NCBI GenBank assembly: GCA_032718475.1
Contig: JAUCBJ010007166.1
Coordinates: 62,001 to 126,000 of the forward strand
Source of the DNA: Nemertoderma westbladi
Lineage: Eukaryota > Animalia > Xenacoelomorpha
Direction: 5' to 3'
DNA length: 64,000 nucleotides
The position numbers and the translations under genes are program-made. Positions 21,217 through 34,790 of the stretch are shown here, in pieces. Below the pieces are notes generated by a model that worked only from the letters and a program-made list of their open reading frames with translations, ran no database searches and had not been told where the DNA came from. Position 1 is the stretch's first letter, and each line of letters starts with the position of its first letter.

Positions 21217-22849
21217 ATTATAATGAGTTTATATTTAGGCGAGCGGGCGTCGCTGCCTACCTCAATCAACCCCCGGACAGTACGAGATCCTCAGCGCCGA
21301 TGTGTCGTCGTCGCTGTACTTTCGCCAACGACGTAGCCGCACAACGACAACGACAACCGGCACAAGTCACTCGACTGTCCGTCCCAAAGTCTTAGATGTA
21401 CTTCAGGTTTTCCTTGGAGAGTTAGGTTACTTTTACGATTGCGACTGGCTACTGTAAACACACCTTAGCAGTAACATTCACCTATAAACTCACAAATACC
21501 ACACACACAACTTGTCACAAATTACACACATTCGGGCCATTTGTCCGTTAGTCAATGCCTTCCAGAATGTCACTGTATTAGTATGTATCCTGGGATACTA
21601 GTAGTGCGCTATTTATTCCCTATGCTATTCAATGGGACAAGCTTTCTATTGTTCTTTTAACTCAATTCTAATTCTAGCGTGGTTGTTGCTATGGTGACAT
21701 TATGCAAAGCTAGCGGTAGAATTAGGGTAGTTCCAATGCATACAGATCTGGGATGTTATTTAATAGTATTCTTTAATAGTCAATGTTCTGTTTTATACAT
21801 GACTTTATGAATTTTATCGGCTATTGACTATGTTTGGGAGACTTTCACACACTCATACGCATGATAAGATAAATCTCCGCTCCCTTGATCTATTAATTAA
21901 TGAAATTTTGGGAACTTTATAAATTGCGTAAAAATGGCAATTTATTAAATTCATTAAAAGGCATGAATTTAAATTTATTCCCTGAAATTTTATTATTTGA
22001 CAACTAAATGGACATATTTTGATTCTAGAACATGTCTGGGGACACAAGATCCTTAATTCTATGACAATTGTCTTTTTAAGAATATCGGTAAATGCTACGA
22101 TATCTTAATTGACTAGAATTATTGCAGGATCTGAATTTTACAGATTTTGATTTATTAGATTTTGCAAATATTAATTAATTAATATTTGAGATGGGCACCG
22201 ATTTATTCCAGAACTTGTCTGGGGACGTTAACCACTGATTCTAGAATTTGTCTTTCAAGTATATCGGTGGGTGCCGCGATATCTTAATCGACTAGAATTA
22301 CAGATGGTCAAAGGGTTTAACAGATTTATTTTGCGTTATACGCTACTGTTAAAGGGACATCACGCTACTATATGTATTATTTAATATACGGTATGAGAGC
22401 AATATCGCACGAAGCAATGTCAGTGTGAAGAGGCAAGTCGTTTCCAAGGTCTACCCAGAGCTTGGTTTAGCCGAGACACGAGGATCTGAACTTTGCATTC
22501 CTAATACTCTGCCTACCAATAATACTTAAATATAGTAGTGGCTTTATTGTACTTTAATAAGTACGGACATTTCATCTTACTGTAGTCACGTATTTATAAT
22601 ATGATACGGACAGTAAGGAAAGAGGAAAAGAATTATTTCTTGCCGTCGCATTAAATATAATATATACGTAATTAAGTAATAAACGCGAATATATATTGCA
22701 CTAATCTACTAAATAATCGCTAAAATAACATTCTACTGAATAAAATTAAAGAAAACGATTATAATAAAATTACATAGTAATACATACATAAATATAAAAA
22801 TAATAAAATAATATAAAATAATAGAGTCACACACCCACTCCATATGTTG

Positions 22850-25800
22850 TTACGTTATGGAGTCCCTAGATGTTTGAAGGATTAGGGAGGTGGTCGTGGG
22901 AAGAGAATCTTGCCTTCCACAGTTTCCGGAGAGTCCTCCATTCCCTTCCGATAAACACAAACGACCGACTGGGTGATTGAGTCGCTGCATCCTGAATACA
23001 ATTCCAGGTTTCCTCTTCGTCCTGGAATAGTGACGATAGAAACATCGCTCAAAGTATATGACGGCGTCACAAAGCCGATTCCAGGAGCTATAGTGGTCCG
23101 TCGCTCTCTGCAGGAGAGGTGAGAGTCCCTGCGAGACATCTGATGTTCCAGAGCTCCAATCGCTCTCTCTGATCTTCATGAAGGATCCACTCGCGGTGGG
23201 GAGGTCCAGATCCACGGCGTCGTCCCTGGCAATATGTAATACCGACAGATCTGTCCCGGGTTCAAATAACTCCGCTCCACCCGTCCTGGTTTTAGGTTTA
23301 ACTTTCTCCGCTCCCTTGGCTGGTCTAATCTCAGTCGGAGTAAGATGGGGAGGCCATTCATCCTCCTTACTCAGGAAGTCGGGTTCACCTAACCGGTCTG
23401 TAGTATCTGTCAGTTCTTGAGGAGTTGCTCCTCTGGAAGCGATGTCAGTTGGATTAAACTTCTTGGGGCAATATCTCCATTGATCTACATTGGAGCTAAG
23501 ATTGTCATTATCTGAGGAGTGTGGTGTTCCCTCAGTTGGGTCGTCTCCCTCACTAGTATCATCTTCCCATTCACTCACCTGGCAGACGCGATCTTGAAGC
23601 AGTCTTTCCCTGAGCGTTCTACGGGAAGGTCCAGTAAGGTACCAACCTACTCTAGTTCTTACCGCATAGGTCTGTAGTGGCTGCGGTTGAGCAGGCCGTT
23701 TCTCTAATGTCTCCAGCGCCTCATGCGCGTTTTGGCCGATGAGTATTTGCACTCCAGGATAATCAGTCTGGAATCGAGGTATGTTAAGATGTTGGATGCT
23801 CTCATCCTCGTCCCAATTATAAAGGTCTGCTTGAGTAGTAGCGAAGTTCTTTATAGCCACCATTTTCACTGACCTTATGCTGTGTTCTCCTAGTTCGTCC
23901 TGGGGGGTGGACAACGCTCCTACATAATAATCAGCTGTTATTGTAGATTTCCAAACTTGCATAATGCCTGACATGTTGAGCTTAGTTTGGAACTTGGGTT
24001 GTCCAGCAAATATATCTTCGGCTAGCTCTTTATCGATGAATGTTCCTGTACTACCGGAGTCAAGGAGGGCGTTCACTACATAACTCCTCTCAGGTCCGTG
24101 AACCCTTACTTGCACCACAGGAAACTCTCGGATCCCTACATTGGAAGATGGCTCTTTCCAAGATGGTTGTCGCTCAGAAGTAGTTAGAGTAAAGTCGTTA
24201 TCTGGATCCTTTTCATAGGTGAGTGCTCGATACACTGCGGTATTTATCATGTAACAGGATTCGTTTTCGTCGGAGAACTCGTCTGTATAGAATCCTTCCA
24301 TCTCAGATTGATCAGTGTCGTTCACATCACTGAATTGGACATGTAGTTCGGACTCACTTACCTGACTCGGGCTGTTTCGTTCGAATTCCGTGTGCAACAA
24401 GATATGATGTTTTGCGCCGCACTTTGCACACCTTGCGTCGGAGTTACAGGTTCGCCGTTGGTGTCCTCGTCTGAGGCAATTATAACACAACCGCTTATCC
24501 CACATGACTTCACGTCTATCCTTTAGTGATTTCCTCAGGAATTTATCACACGCATTTAAACGGTGGGGCCCGTCGCACAGCACACATTTGGGCTTGATGT
24601 TACTTACTTTAACATGTGCTGTGTGGTGCACACTTGTTCTTTCCTCGGGCTTTCTCACCTGAATTCTTTTAGGAGACGTAGGAGGGGTTTTTTGTACCGG
24701 TTCCCTTCTGTCATTGGGTCGAGACTTGGATTTACTTACCTGATCTTTAGGCATTTTATTGACATAAGATCTGTCAGTGTCTTTCCCGCTGTCCTCTCCT
24801 TGAGAAGTTTGGCTTTCACCGTCGTCGGTATAACATACTGGTATTACCCTTCTCCTAGAAACGGGTTTCTCACTTACCTTACTTTCCGCTGTCTTCTCTC
24901 TGGACTGCTTTATGAGCTGTAATTTCACCTCGCTATCCAGGAATGACATGAGATCAGCCATGGTAGGGTCTCGTTGTTGTTGTTCCATCATATATAACAC
25001 CTTCTTGTCCCAGCGTGTACCTACTCCACCCTTGGGCAAAGTAGATGCTAAGGCTCCTACAACCATAGAATTCTGGTATTCATGAGACTTACCTAACCAA
25101 TCTAGTTGTCTACAGATCTCCTGAATCTCATCGGAAAACTCTATAATCCCGCTGCTAAGAAACTTTCGGGGCGCCATTAATTTCGCATATAAATACCTAG
25201 CTATGTTAGTCCTATTACCATACCTGATGTTTAGTGTATCCCAAACTTGTCTTAATCCGTCTGGATGTCCAATAAACTTTAACGCCATTAACTTGGGAGA
25301 TCCTTCCAAGCACTCGATGAGGTATCTAAGCTTTTCTCCATTAGATAGTACAGAGTTCTGTATGTTATCTTTGTAATATTCATTAAAAGGTAACCATTTC
25401 ATCTCATCTCCATTGAACTTGACGATCTCTCCAACCTTTACCGCTTGCCGGGCTTCGGTTCTAGCCATTTGACGCGTAAAACTTTCTTGGGCCATCGTGC
25501 TATTTAATATCGAGTTATCGGTATATAAATTTCTCGGATTATGATCCGGTCTATAGGGAATATCACTATCAACAGGTCTATAATTACCCTTAATAGGGTT
25601 CACTATAGGAGTTTCTACTTCGCTAGCAGTATAGATGCTTGTAGGCTCCACACCTTGCGCATGAGATACTTCAGACCTAACGGGTTGACACATTGTTACA
25701 GAGGGTGGTGGTATACCCTTTTTTAAGTTTACTAATTTATCGCGTTCTAACGCGATACTTTGCTGCACCTTTTGCAACTCTAACCTACTTTCCCTTACTG

Positions 25801-27766
25801 TGCCCTTGAATTGCTGGACAGTCTCTTCCAACTCTCGGACCTGTTGGGAGGAGCGTATCCGATTCTCCTTCATCTCTCCAAGGAGAATATCCATCCCCCG
25901 CCGTCTCTCGTCTACCCAATCAACCGCCGAAACGGGATCCGCCAACGTCGTAGCGGGCAGACGAGGGACAACGGGCGACAAATTTGGAATATTTCGCTCG
26001 GGGTCCAGGACTTGAACTGTCTCCTGGGCAGTTCTACGGGGCACAGGTAGCTTAGTGCTATGCAGAGGGAATTTAGAGGTAGTTTCAGGGAGCACAGGTG
26101 TGTCTATCACCGAAGGGGTGATTTCAAGAACAGGCCTAATTATTTCAGGCTCATCTACTATAGTAGGGAGTCTTTCTATTTTAATTATTTGGTCTGTGGG
26201 CTCTGTACTACCTAAGTTGGTGTTATTTAGTTGCCTTCTAACAGCTGGAGGCAAATCAGGCAATTTCTGACGGTGGAATGTTCTTTTACGTCTACTTAGA
26301 CGAGATCTATTTCCCTTGCCTTCAGTATCGGTGGTATCGCCTTCCTCAGATGATGTATATCCCTGTCTTTTGGGAGTAGATCGATTCATCATCTGCATAT
26401 TACTAGCTGTTAACTGTTTATTTATGCAGTCTTGATTCTCCTGAATGTTTTCCAATTCTAATTGGGTGGTTTCTTCAGCCGCTCTCCGTTCTGCTTCTAC
26501 CACTGCCGCTGCCACTTTTGCCTCTGCCGCTGCCTCTGCCGCTGCCGCCTTTCTTTCTGCTTCTGCAGCTGCCACTGCTGCTGCTACTGCCGCTGCCTTT
26601 CTGTCTTCTATGCGTTTTTTCTTTACTTGTTCTTCTTGTTCTCTAGCTATGCGGAGTTGTTCATCGAATTTAGCTTGGTTCGCCGCTAACCTATCCACAT
26701 CAATCGCATCTAACACGAGTTTGGCTCCTTCGCTATTAGGGCTAAGTCCCTTTAACCTTCTCCTCAACTCTTCATCTCCCAAAAAACTGATAGTCTGACA
26801 GATAGATATCAATGGCATCCTTCTTATGCGGTTTCTCTGCCGTCGCTTCACTTTCCACTTGGGAAAAAGTAGCGTCCGTCGATTCTCCATGGGTTGAGCG
26901 CTCCTCCAACTGAGCTTTCCACTGAGCTGCTCCTTGAACCTGGCGACTCACCCGTTGAAACCAAGTTTTTACGGCAACTTGCAACGACGTGTCTTGTTTT
27001 CTTTTAGAAGCCTCCTCAAAGATAAGATTAGCCTAATCCTCAAAACTCTTTCTCTAACTTGATAAAGCAGCGATCCCTGCTCTTGAGGTCCTTGAGGTTG
27101 TTGAAACAGTTTTCTCTCTACTCGCTCCATAGAGCTGAAGAATCCCTGGGCGTATCCGGCTGCGGACCTCTTCCATACAGCTGGATCGATGGTTTCCTTG
27201 GCTACTCCCATCCGGTGTATGTCTTCCCAGGCAGCTTCTAATAAATCAAACGGGAGTCCGGGTCCGGGGAAGTTCCATTGCGACTCGACAATAGACTTCA
27301 GTTCTTCACTCGTGTATCCCGCGTAACTATCTCTAGTTGACCGTTGACTTCTCGCCCAATCGATCTGGTGTTCTTCCACCGCGATCAATAACCCAGCGAG
27401 CACGGCTGCAGGAAGGATGAGAAGGGGATCCGTATAAACCGCATCCGTCATCTCTGCTCTGCGCTCGGGTGTCAGCTCTACAGTATCCTCACTACTGGAG
27501 CTGCTGGGCCGCTGAGGAATAAGTTCTTGACTAGCGGGTTGTTGCTGTTCCGCTGCCTTTTGGTCCCGCTTGACCTGAGCTCGAGTGCCTATGATAGACC
27601 TACGATGTTGGACCAGCCTAGGTTCTGTTATTACTACTGGAGGGATGACCTTCCTCACAGTGGGAGGTGAACTGAACTTACGACCAGACGGTTGTACATC
27701 TCTATCTGAGTCGCAGATAGTTACATCTAATAAACTGTCTGACAGGTTCTGCTTAGTATCAGACAT
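22850..27766 (-). pseudogene. BEL/Pao Gag-protease polyprotein of element 2, broken by two small deletions
   Basis: Collinear with the element 1 ORF. Apparent 4-nt (near 27020) and 2-nt (near 26787) deletions with a stop at 26969-26971 between them. Knuckles, ALLDSGS and NPTDIASRG are retained. Confidence 0.9.
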
Positions 27767-29099
27767 GACTATGTATACCGTTGAATGTCTACTGCTGTAT
27801 TACAGTCTGAGTAAGTCTAATAACTGTTAGTAACTGTTAGTATTAACTGCTAGCCTAGTAATTAATTACCGATACTGCTACTCAGTGTAGCGTGATATAT
27901 ATAATATATTAGAATACCGGTATACTTATAGTATATATAACTATATAAGTATTATTACAGACTATGTTTATCACAGAATACCGGTATAATTTTAGCACAA
28001 ATATATATAAATATATAATAGGCCTATCGGAATACCGGTATACAGCTTACAGTTTGTAGTATATATAATTCTGGAATAGAATTAATTACAAGTACCGGTA
28101 TAATTTCAGCCTAGATTTATAGAAATAAGATAATAGGCCTATCGTAGATACCGGTATATCAATTATTTTAGAATAATTGAATTTGTGAACTTTAGGGTTA
28201 CTTGGTTACTTTAACTTACTTTATTACCGTTATTTAAGCAGTAATCCAACTGATATTGAGACCTAATGGTTTTATGGTAGGCCTACTATTTATAAATCGT
28301 TAGATTTGATTTATAATGTATTTATACCCGTTTTAATGGGTTTAGTCAATGTTTGAAATAAATGTTATTATTTCTGGGGTAATCACTACACAAAGCGGTG
28401 CGCTTTTAGTGAAGTGTTACGTATAGGACACTAAAACAAATAATTCTAATTTACCTAAGTTACTTAATACTACAAATTACGTACAATTCGGGTGAGATTA
28501 CAATCTCTAAATAAACACAAAAATTTACAAAAAAACACAAAATACGAATTTTTAGGGTAATTTTACAAGAAGTCTACAAACCAGCCTAACAAAGGGTTAG
28601 ATATCCGGTTATTACAACGGACAGGGTACTACGGTATTTGAAATAATAAGTAGTAGTAAATACACTGCGTTGTCTAGATAGGAAAATACCACCGCCTGAC
28701 GACCTATAGCCGTATCGCTATAGGTACTACGTTATGTATCACGGAGTGTTCCTACCTAGAAGTTAATAGAGCTAATCGAATGTGCCTATTAACCACTTTA
28801 CAACACAAATATAATGCCTACACTAATTACTTTCGGAAAGCACTGTACACTAAACCCTAAATTAGGTACGAGTACTTGTACAACAAATAATCAGTAGTTA
28901 ATTATACTTGAACAGCTAAAAGAACCACGGCATCTGCTGGAGTGACCGATGCACAAAATCACCAGTCTTTACCTACGCCAAGCAGCCCGTGTAGTACCGG
29001 GGTTAATTTAACTATAGCGGTATGTATAACAAACACAATTACTGTAGGAACAAACTTGGGGAATGAATGTTGCGGATAATCGCATAAACTCTGAATAAT

Positions 29100-29700
29100 A
29101 AATATTACGCTACGCGTACAAACTACTCAAACAAAATACAGACCGAACACTGACAGACTACTATCAAGCCTAAACAAACTACGGTATATGCAGACTCCGA
29201 AATGATTAGGGAGTATGCGCTCTAACCCAGTAGTGCGACTTATTCTTTAGTTGGGGGTTTACCTTACAGCGTTCGCTGCCCCTACTTCCTAACCGTACTT
29301 AATCAGACAAATGATCTACACACACTGCAATCCGTTCAGACCTAATAACAGCCGGACAACTATCCAGCCTACAAATTATCTAAATAAAATTATACGCTAC
29401 CCGTACAGACTTACACAAACAAAGTACAGACTAAACGATGGCAGACTACTCTCAAGCCTAAATAAACTACAGGACATGCAGACTCCGAAATGATTAGGGA
29501 GTATGCGCTCTAACCCAGTAGTGCGACTTATTCTTTAGTTGGGGGTTTACTTTACAGCAATGGCTACCCCAACTTCCCAACCGTTCTTTATCGGACAGGT
29601 GACCTACACACACTGCAACTCGTTCAGACTTAACAGCAATCAGACAACAGCTCAGCCTACAAATTGTCTGTACAATCTGATCAGGCTTACACGCCTTCTG
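29100..29700 (-). repeat. 288-bp tandem duplication in the 5' UTR of element 2
   Basis: CAGACTCCGAAATGATTAGGGAGTATGCG... occurs at 29191 and 29479. Confidence 0.9.
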
Positions 29701-29938
29701 TTCAATACTGGCCTACAAACAAATAAAACTTGACAGAAATAAGTAAAAATCTCAATAAAAAACCAGGGCGGGCCCTCCCTGATTAATTATTAAGGCCTAC
29801 CGGTATATAACTATCAAATCGAATAATACTGCTGTACCTGTACTGCTGTAGGTACCGGTCCGGGTGGTTAGGTAGTCAGGCCTACTGGGTACCGGTTGCC
29901 GGTACTTCAGCTTTATTGCCTACTGCAATACAGAAGCT

Positions 29939-29949
29939 ATATCCTTTAA
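29939..29949 (-). promoter_or_regulatory. Non-tRNA primer-binding site of element 2 (TTAAAGGATAT on -)
   Basis: Abuts the 5' LTR and is complementary to ATATCCTTTAA on the minus strand at 30711-30701. Confidence 0.75.
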
Positions 29950-31151
29950 TGTTCGCGCTTTCAGACCTTTGGCAGTTTAACCCGCCAAATTAAGATGTCT
30001 TCTAGATATTAAATCGCTTTTTAGCCTATGACAAGTATTTGATTCACTACACTAGTCGAAACCAATCCGTGCGCGACCATTCACCCGCTGGATATTCCCG
30101 GGAGATTGGGTTCGACGGTTTAATTTTATTGCTATGTAAGCTTAATGTATTATTCGACTGACAGTATTATATAATCTCTGACAATATTATTTACCTTCGG
30201 GAATATTAACAGTTCCTTTAGGACGTGGCGCTTTATCTATATAAACAGAGTTATGACTTAAACTACTCACAACGATATGGCTTAATTATAATTCACATAT
30301 ATGGCGCATTCTTTAGGAATTGCTTCTTTAACAGACTCGCTCATACGCAATGCTGCACAATACTGCACACTAATCTGCCAATCTTCACTGATTTTAGTCA
30401 CATATAAAAGGAACACAGACTGACTCATGTAGGGTCTATCAAATAACATTAGATTCACTTCAAACCACTTTAACATAAGTCACAATCGTTATTGGTAACC
30501 TTTCTCTCTTACCTTCGGTATATCAAGAATATTGGGTGTCGGGGTTATTTCTCGTTATTCCAATATAATAATTCATCAACAAATATAATGAATAACCGAC
30601 AACAAATAGCAGTATGCAGTATTCACAGATCAATCGTGCCAGTTTGTTTTGATATTTACAGAGTTTAAAGCCAGGTTGTTTGATGCGTAATTGCAGCCAG
30701 TTAAAGGATATATGTCCTTGTAATTAAACCTACTAGTGTTGAGCTAAAAAGCATAAAACATAAAACACTACAAAGCCGTTCTTTCGTGGCTTTGAAAAAC
30801 TCGTGACTACTGCTCTATACGAGGATACCAACTCCCTTATTCCACGAAGCTCCCGTTCAACACAGAGAAAGAGCAGTGAGATAGGAAATTTTCAGTTCAG
30901 TACTCTGTGATAGGTCAAAATCAAGGCTAACTCAAATTCTATTGGGAGATACAAAACAAGGCTATGACGCAACCTCCCTAGGCTTGTTGGCCGATTAAAC
31001 AGAGCCCAGATGCCTGCGTACAGCAAATCAGCCAATAAGCTGGTAACTTGCACTATTTTTAGCTGTAGATCACTTTGAGAGTATTCTTAGCGACTGGGGG
31101 GGAACTGGCCAACAAGGCAAACGAATCAGTTATCCCACAAAAGCTTTTACA
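29950..31151 (-). repeat. 5' LTR of element 2
   Basis: Direct repeat of 18395-19596; minus strand reads TGTAAAAGC...CGAACA. Confidence 0.97.
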
Positions 31152-31538
31152 TACGCCTTATACTTTAATCATAAGCGGTATCGTTGCGTTTAGTATAAGT
31201 CCTAGTTCTGTTTAAATAGATAGAGCGCCACGTCCTAAAGGAACTGTTAATATTTCCCGAAAGCCAATAATATCTGTCAGAGATTAATTATTAACGATCT
31301 ATCGAATAATACAGTAAGTTTACACTGCAACCTTACACTGCAATAATAAAATTTAAGCATCCGAATTCAGCCTCCCGGGTGTAGATCCATCGGGTGAATG
31401 ATCGCGCATGGGCTGACTTCGGCTAATGTTTTGTGTATTAGCATAAAATATTGTCGTATGCTAAAGGTGTTTTAATTAACTAAAAGACATATAAATTTTG
31501 GCAGGTTAAACTGCTAAAGGTCTTCAAAAGCGCGAACA
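31152..31538 (+). mobile_element. 3' part of a third LTR variant of the same family
   Basis: Aligns to LTR1 about 4965-5346 (AGAGCGCCACGTCCTAAAGGAACTGTTAATATTTCCCGAA ... GCTAAAGGTCTTCAAAAGCGCGAACA); followed by poly-C. Confidence 0.9.
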
Positions 31539-31850
31539 CCCCCCCCCCCCCCCCCCCCCCCCCAGTGGTAATAGGGTTAATATTTCCTCAGTTTAAAAAC
31601 AATTATATACGACCAGTAAATACTCTCACATTTGTATTGTCGGAATGGATGTTTTACAGCAGGTTGAGTCTACAATCGTGCGTTGCTAAGTTTTGATAAG
31701 GCGTTTCTGGCCTCATTTTGCTTGTTTACTAAAAATGCTTAGCCACTACACTTTACTGCTGCTTTAAAATCGAGCTATGTTCTGGCGTATTTTATGACTT
31801 CCAAATCCTGGACAGTCCATTCAATGATGCCCACGCCTTCCCCTTACGTA

Positions 31851-32545
31851 CACCATGTCCTGGAATATAGTATTAATCAGGTACCTGCCCTGCCCAACCC
31901 AAAATTATTTTACAAATCTTAATAAGATTGCATGAAATTTGAAACAGAGATAGATCAAAACCCTTTCTATTCCCTGGGTGAGCCATAATTTTTATTTTCG
32001 CTTCATACTTTATCTACATGCGTTTAATAAAAGGTGTCTCCGCTGATATTGTACCAGTTACACCGCAATTACTATCCATCCTTATATATAGTGATTTGGT
32101 ACCGATGGAAAGCCATGCATGGATTCCAAATATGTATAAATATTTTAATTCAGTTGGGACATGTTGTTATGGGCACTCGAAAGTCATATGGTTTTGCACC
32201 TGCGCGAGGCTATTTTATTATATAAATATAGATAATAAATTTATTTTATTTAAATACACCATATTCTGGAACATATTGTTTATCCCATACGTACGCAGCG
32301 TACCTGAAATATTTATTTAATAAATCATACTATTACACAGCTATTCATATATAAACAAAATGTTCCAGAATATGGTGTATTTATTTTTTAAATAGAATAA
32401 ATTGCCTTAATGCAGGTACAAAACCATGTAACTTTTGATCGCTCATATCCCCGTGTAACCCTAATCGTAACCATAATTCAAAGTAAAAGAAGTCATTCAC
32501 ATTATGAACTATACCATAATATTTGGAGCTTATATGTATGCTGAA
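31851..32545. mobile_element. Fold-back MITE, same family as 62939-63787, right end lost
   Basis: TA|CACCATGTCCTGGAATATAGT terminus; internal inverted repeat ATACACCATATTCTGGAACAT / ATGTTCCAGAATATGGTGTAT. Confidence 0.8.
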
Positions 32546-32586
32546 ACAATCAGACATTACTTGAGAACTGTCGAAGTTTACGTCAC

Positions 32587-33230
32587 TCAAATGTTGTATA
32601 TTGTCTGGTCGGAGTTGTGTGCATTGTACTTGACACAGTGAACCCAGCGTAGCATTCTTGTGAATGTGCCATCCAGACATTTGGTGTTTTCCGAAGTTAG
32701 AGACGAAGGACTCCCATGGAGGAGTACTGGTATTACGGCTGCTCTAAATAGTCGTATCTTGAGATGCAGTTTTATTCTATGGGACTTCCATATCCTGAAC
32801 TGGCTTTTCAATGCTGGTCATGCCTTACATATCTGAAGGTCTCTTAGCCTGACTTCCAGAAAAATGATCCGGAGGTAAGCAGAAGTCATCCACATGCTCA
32901 AACAAGGAGCTTATGTTCATACCATCGAGATATTTCCTAAGGATTGTCAAAGTTCATTGTCAAAATTTTGGTCTTCTTCTTCTTGTAGTTTACAAAAGGA
33001 CCAACACTAGAAGCAACCTGCTCCAAAGAGCAGGGGAGCGTTTGGGCTCTGTCTAGTTATTCTGACAGTATTTCTTTCCTTCCCATCACCCCATCTTTAT
33101 TATGATGATCTAAGGACATGAGTAGAACTTTGTCAACCAGAATTATTAATAGGAATGTAGCAAGTGTGGCACCTGAAGGACACTCCCCATAAGACTTCGA
33201 ATGGGTAAGTGTCACCATCAGCAGTAGAAA
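32587..33230 (-). mobile_element. Decayed RTE LINE RT fragment
   Basis: IWKSHRI..KIRLFRAAVIPVLL..LDGTFTRMLR; homologous to the 50500-51590 copy. Confidence 0.85.
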
Positions 33231-34199
33231 CGAGGTGAATTTAAAAGAGGTAAATTTAAGATCCTCAAGGGGAACACGGTGTAATCCATTGGTACAATGA
33301 CTCGATTGTTCTTTTATACTGATGAAATAGTGGTACCAATACGTTAAGCTTGCTTACTCTGCCTTGCGCGAAGGCCCACAAACAATGTTCTTTGAAGCGC
33401 TATGATTTCAAAGCTGCAGGCCGGCGCACCCTGTTGCGATGTGGAACTCCTTGCATCCTAAGAACTCCAAGTTCGAAAGGGATCATCACAAGGATAATCG
33501 GAACGCGCCATACAACCTGGCTTCCTCAGAGGCTGATGAAAGAAAGGCTCGCGGGTGGGATTGGCTATAAGAGTGTCTGTCCCCGATAACGCTACAGAAT
33601 TTTAATACAGTAGAATATTATTTACACAGAATTAATTATATTTTCCAGTCTATCTGCATGCATACAGTAGTACCAATGCACCGGTTGTTCTCCTGCATAA
33701 ATAATTTTAATAATATTCAGGAATAATCGGTGCAGAACTAATAAAAGAAGCACATCTGTTATCACTAGGGATAATTTACATTTAATTTTTAGGAAATATA
33801 CAGCCTTTTATTTTTTATTTTTTACTTTTATTTTCTATCAATATTTCCATTTTCAAACAAAGTAACATACTCCAAGTCATAATATAATATATAAGAATAT
33901 AATAATATATACTTTTTAAGATTATGGTTCTCCTTTCTAAGCTACGAACTGTCATTGTCATCTTAAGGGCTACATTATAAGACTTGAAGTAAAATAGACA
34001 ATTTGTTATTTTTGCCTTGTTATTCCTGGGAAATTTCGGAGAGGTATAAAATTTGAGACTAATTTTTAGATAAGTTTATAAAGGTGGGTGTATGTGTTGC
34101 AGATTATTGTAGGGGGGAGGACAGAGACTAGGAAGTGCTAATTCACAGTAATCACCAAGAACAGTAGTAAAATTATGAAAAGGTAAGATTTGTAAAGTG

Positions 34200-34790
34200 C
34201 TAAACAGAGGCGTAGCTATAGCTTTTGGCATTATCGAAGTTTTCGCTCTAAGGGTTTTCTTTAGGACTCTGATTGCCTGGTCGCTGATTTCATTTCTGAG
34301 TTCAGTTTTCGCTTTTACTGAAATCTTGTTTGTCTGTATGTCTGTCTGTCGGTCTTTCTGACTATCCAACAATCTGTCCGTCAAATATAAGAAAAGGGCA
34401 TACAATCAAGTTAAAAGTTTAGCTAGAGGGGTTTTCCAAGTTGTAGAATTCATTTCTAGTGTCAGTTTTAACATTTGATGACTTCCAAATTGTCTGTTTG
34501 GCAGTCAGTCTGTCGGTAATATTTTGACGGTCAGACTGAAAGGCATACAGACAGAAACGACAAGGCCAAATTTGAATATTGACATCTGAAATGAACTCAC
34601 CGACCACGAAAACCCATGTAGGGAATTTTTTTAGACAGATAGTTTGCTTTTTATTGACGGACAGACATACTGACGGGCACAGCGACAGTCATTCGGACAG
34701 ACAGCGATATCTCGAAAACTAAGACAGATCTTGCTAAACGGTTTTCAAATTTGGAATCTTGATAAAAATTTGTTCTAGATGAAAAAGAAA
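34200..34790. repeat. Interspersed repeat with (GTCT/GACA)n motifs, related to 56630-56960
   Basis: GTCTGTCTGTC/GACAGACAG blocks flanked by ATTTCATTTC..AGTTTT motifs recur at both loci. Probably a non-autonomous DNA or Helentron-type element (inference). Confidence 0.45.

Larger units (their letters stand above)
18395..31151 (-). mobile_element. LTR element 2: sister subfamily of element 1, non-autonomous BEL/Pao-type
   Basis: 1202-bp LTRs at 18395-19596 and 29950-31151 with no differences seen by eye. Same PPT (CCGCTCCCAGAAAA on +) and same architecture as element 1. The flanks (ATACC / TACGC) are not a perfect TSD. Confidence 0.95.

Noticed and set aside
26772-27030. Programmed frameshifting in element 2 Gag
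   Set aside because: Comparison with element 1 shows plain 4-nt and 2-nt deletions with a stop between them.
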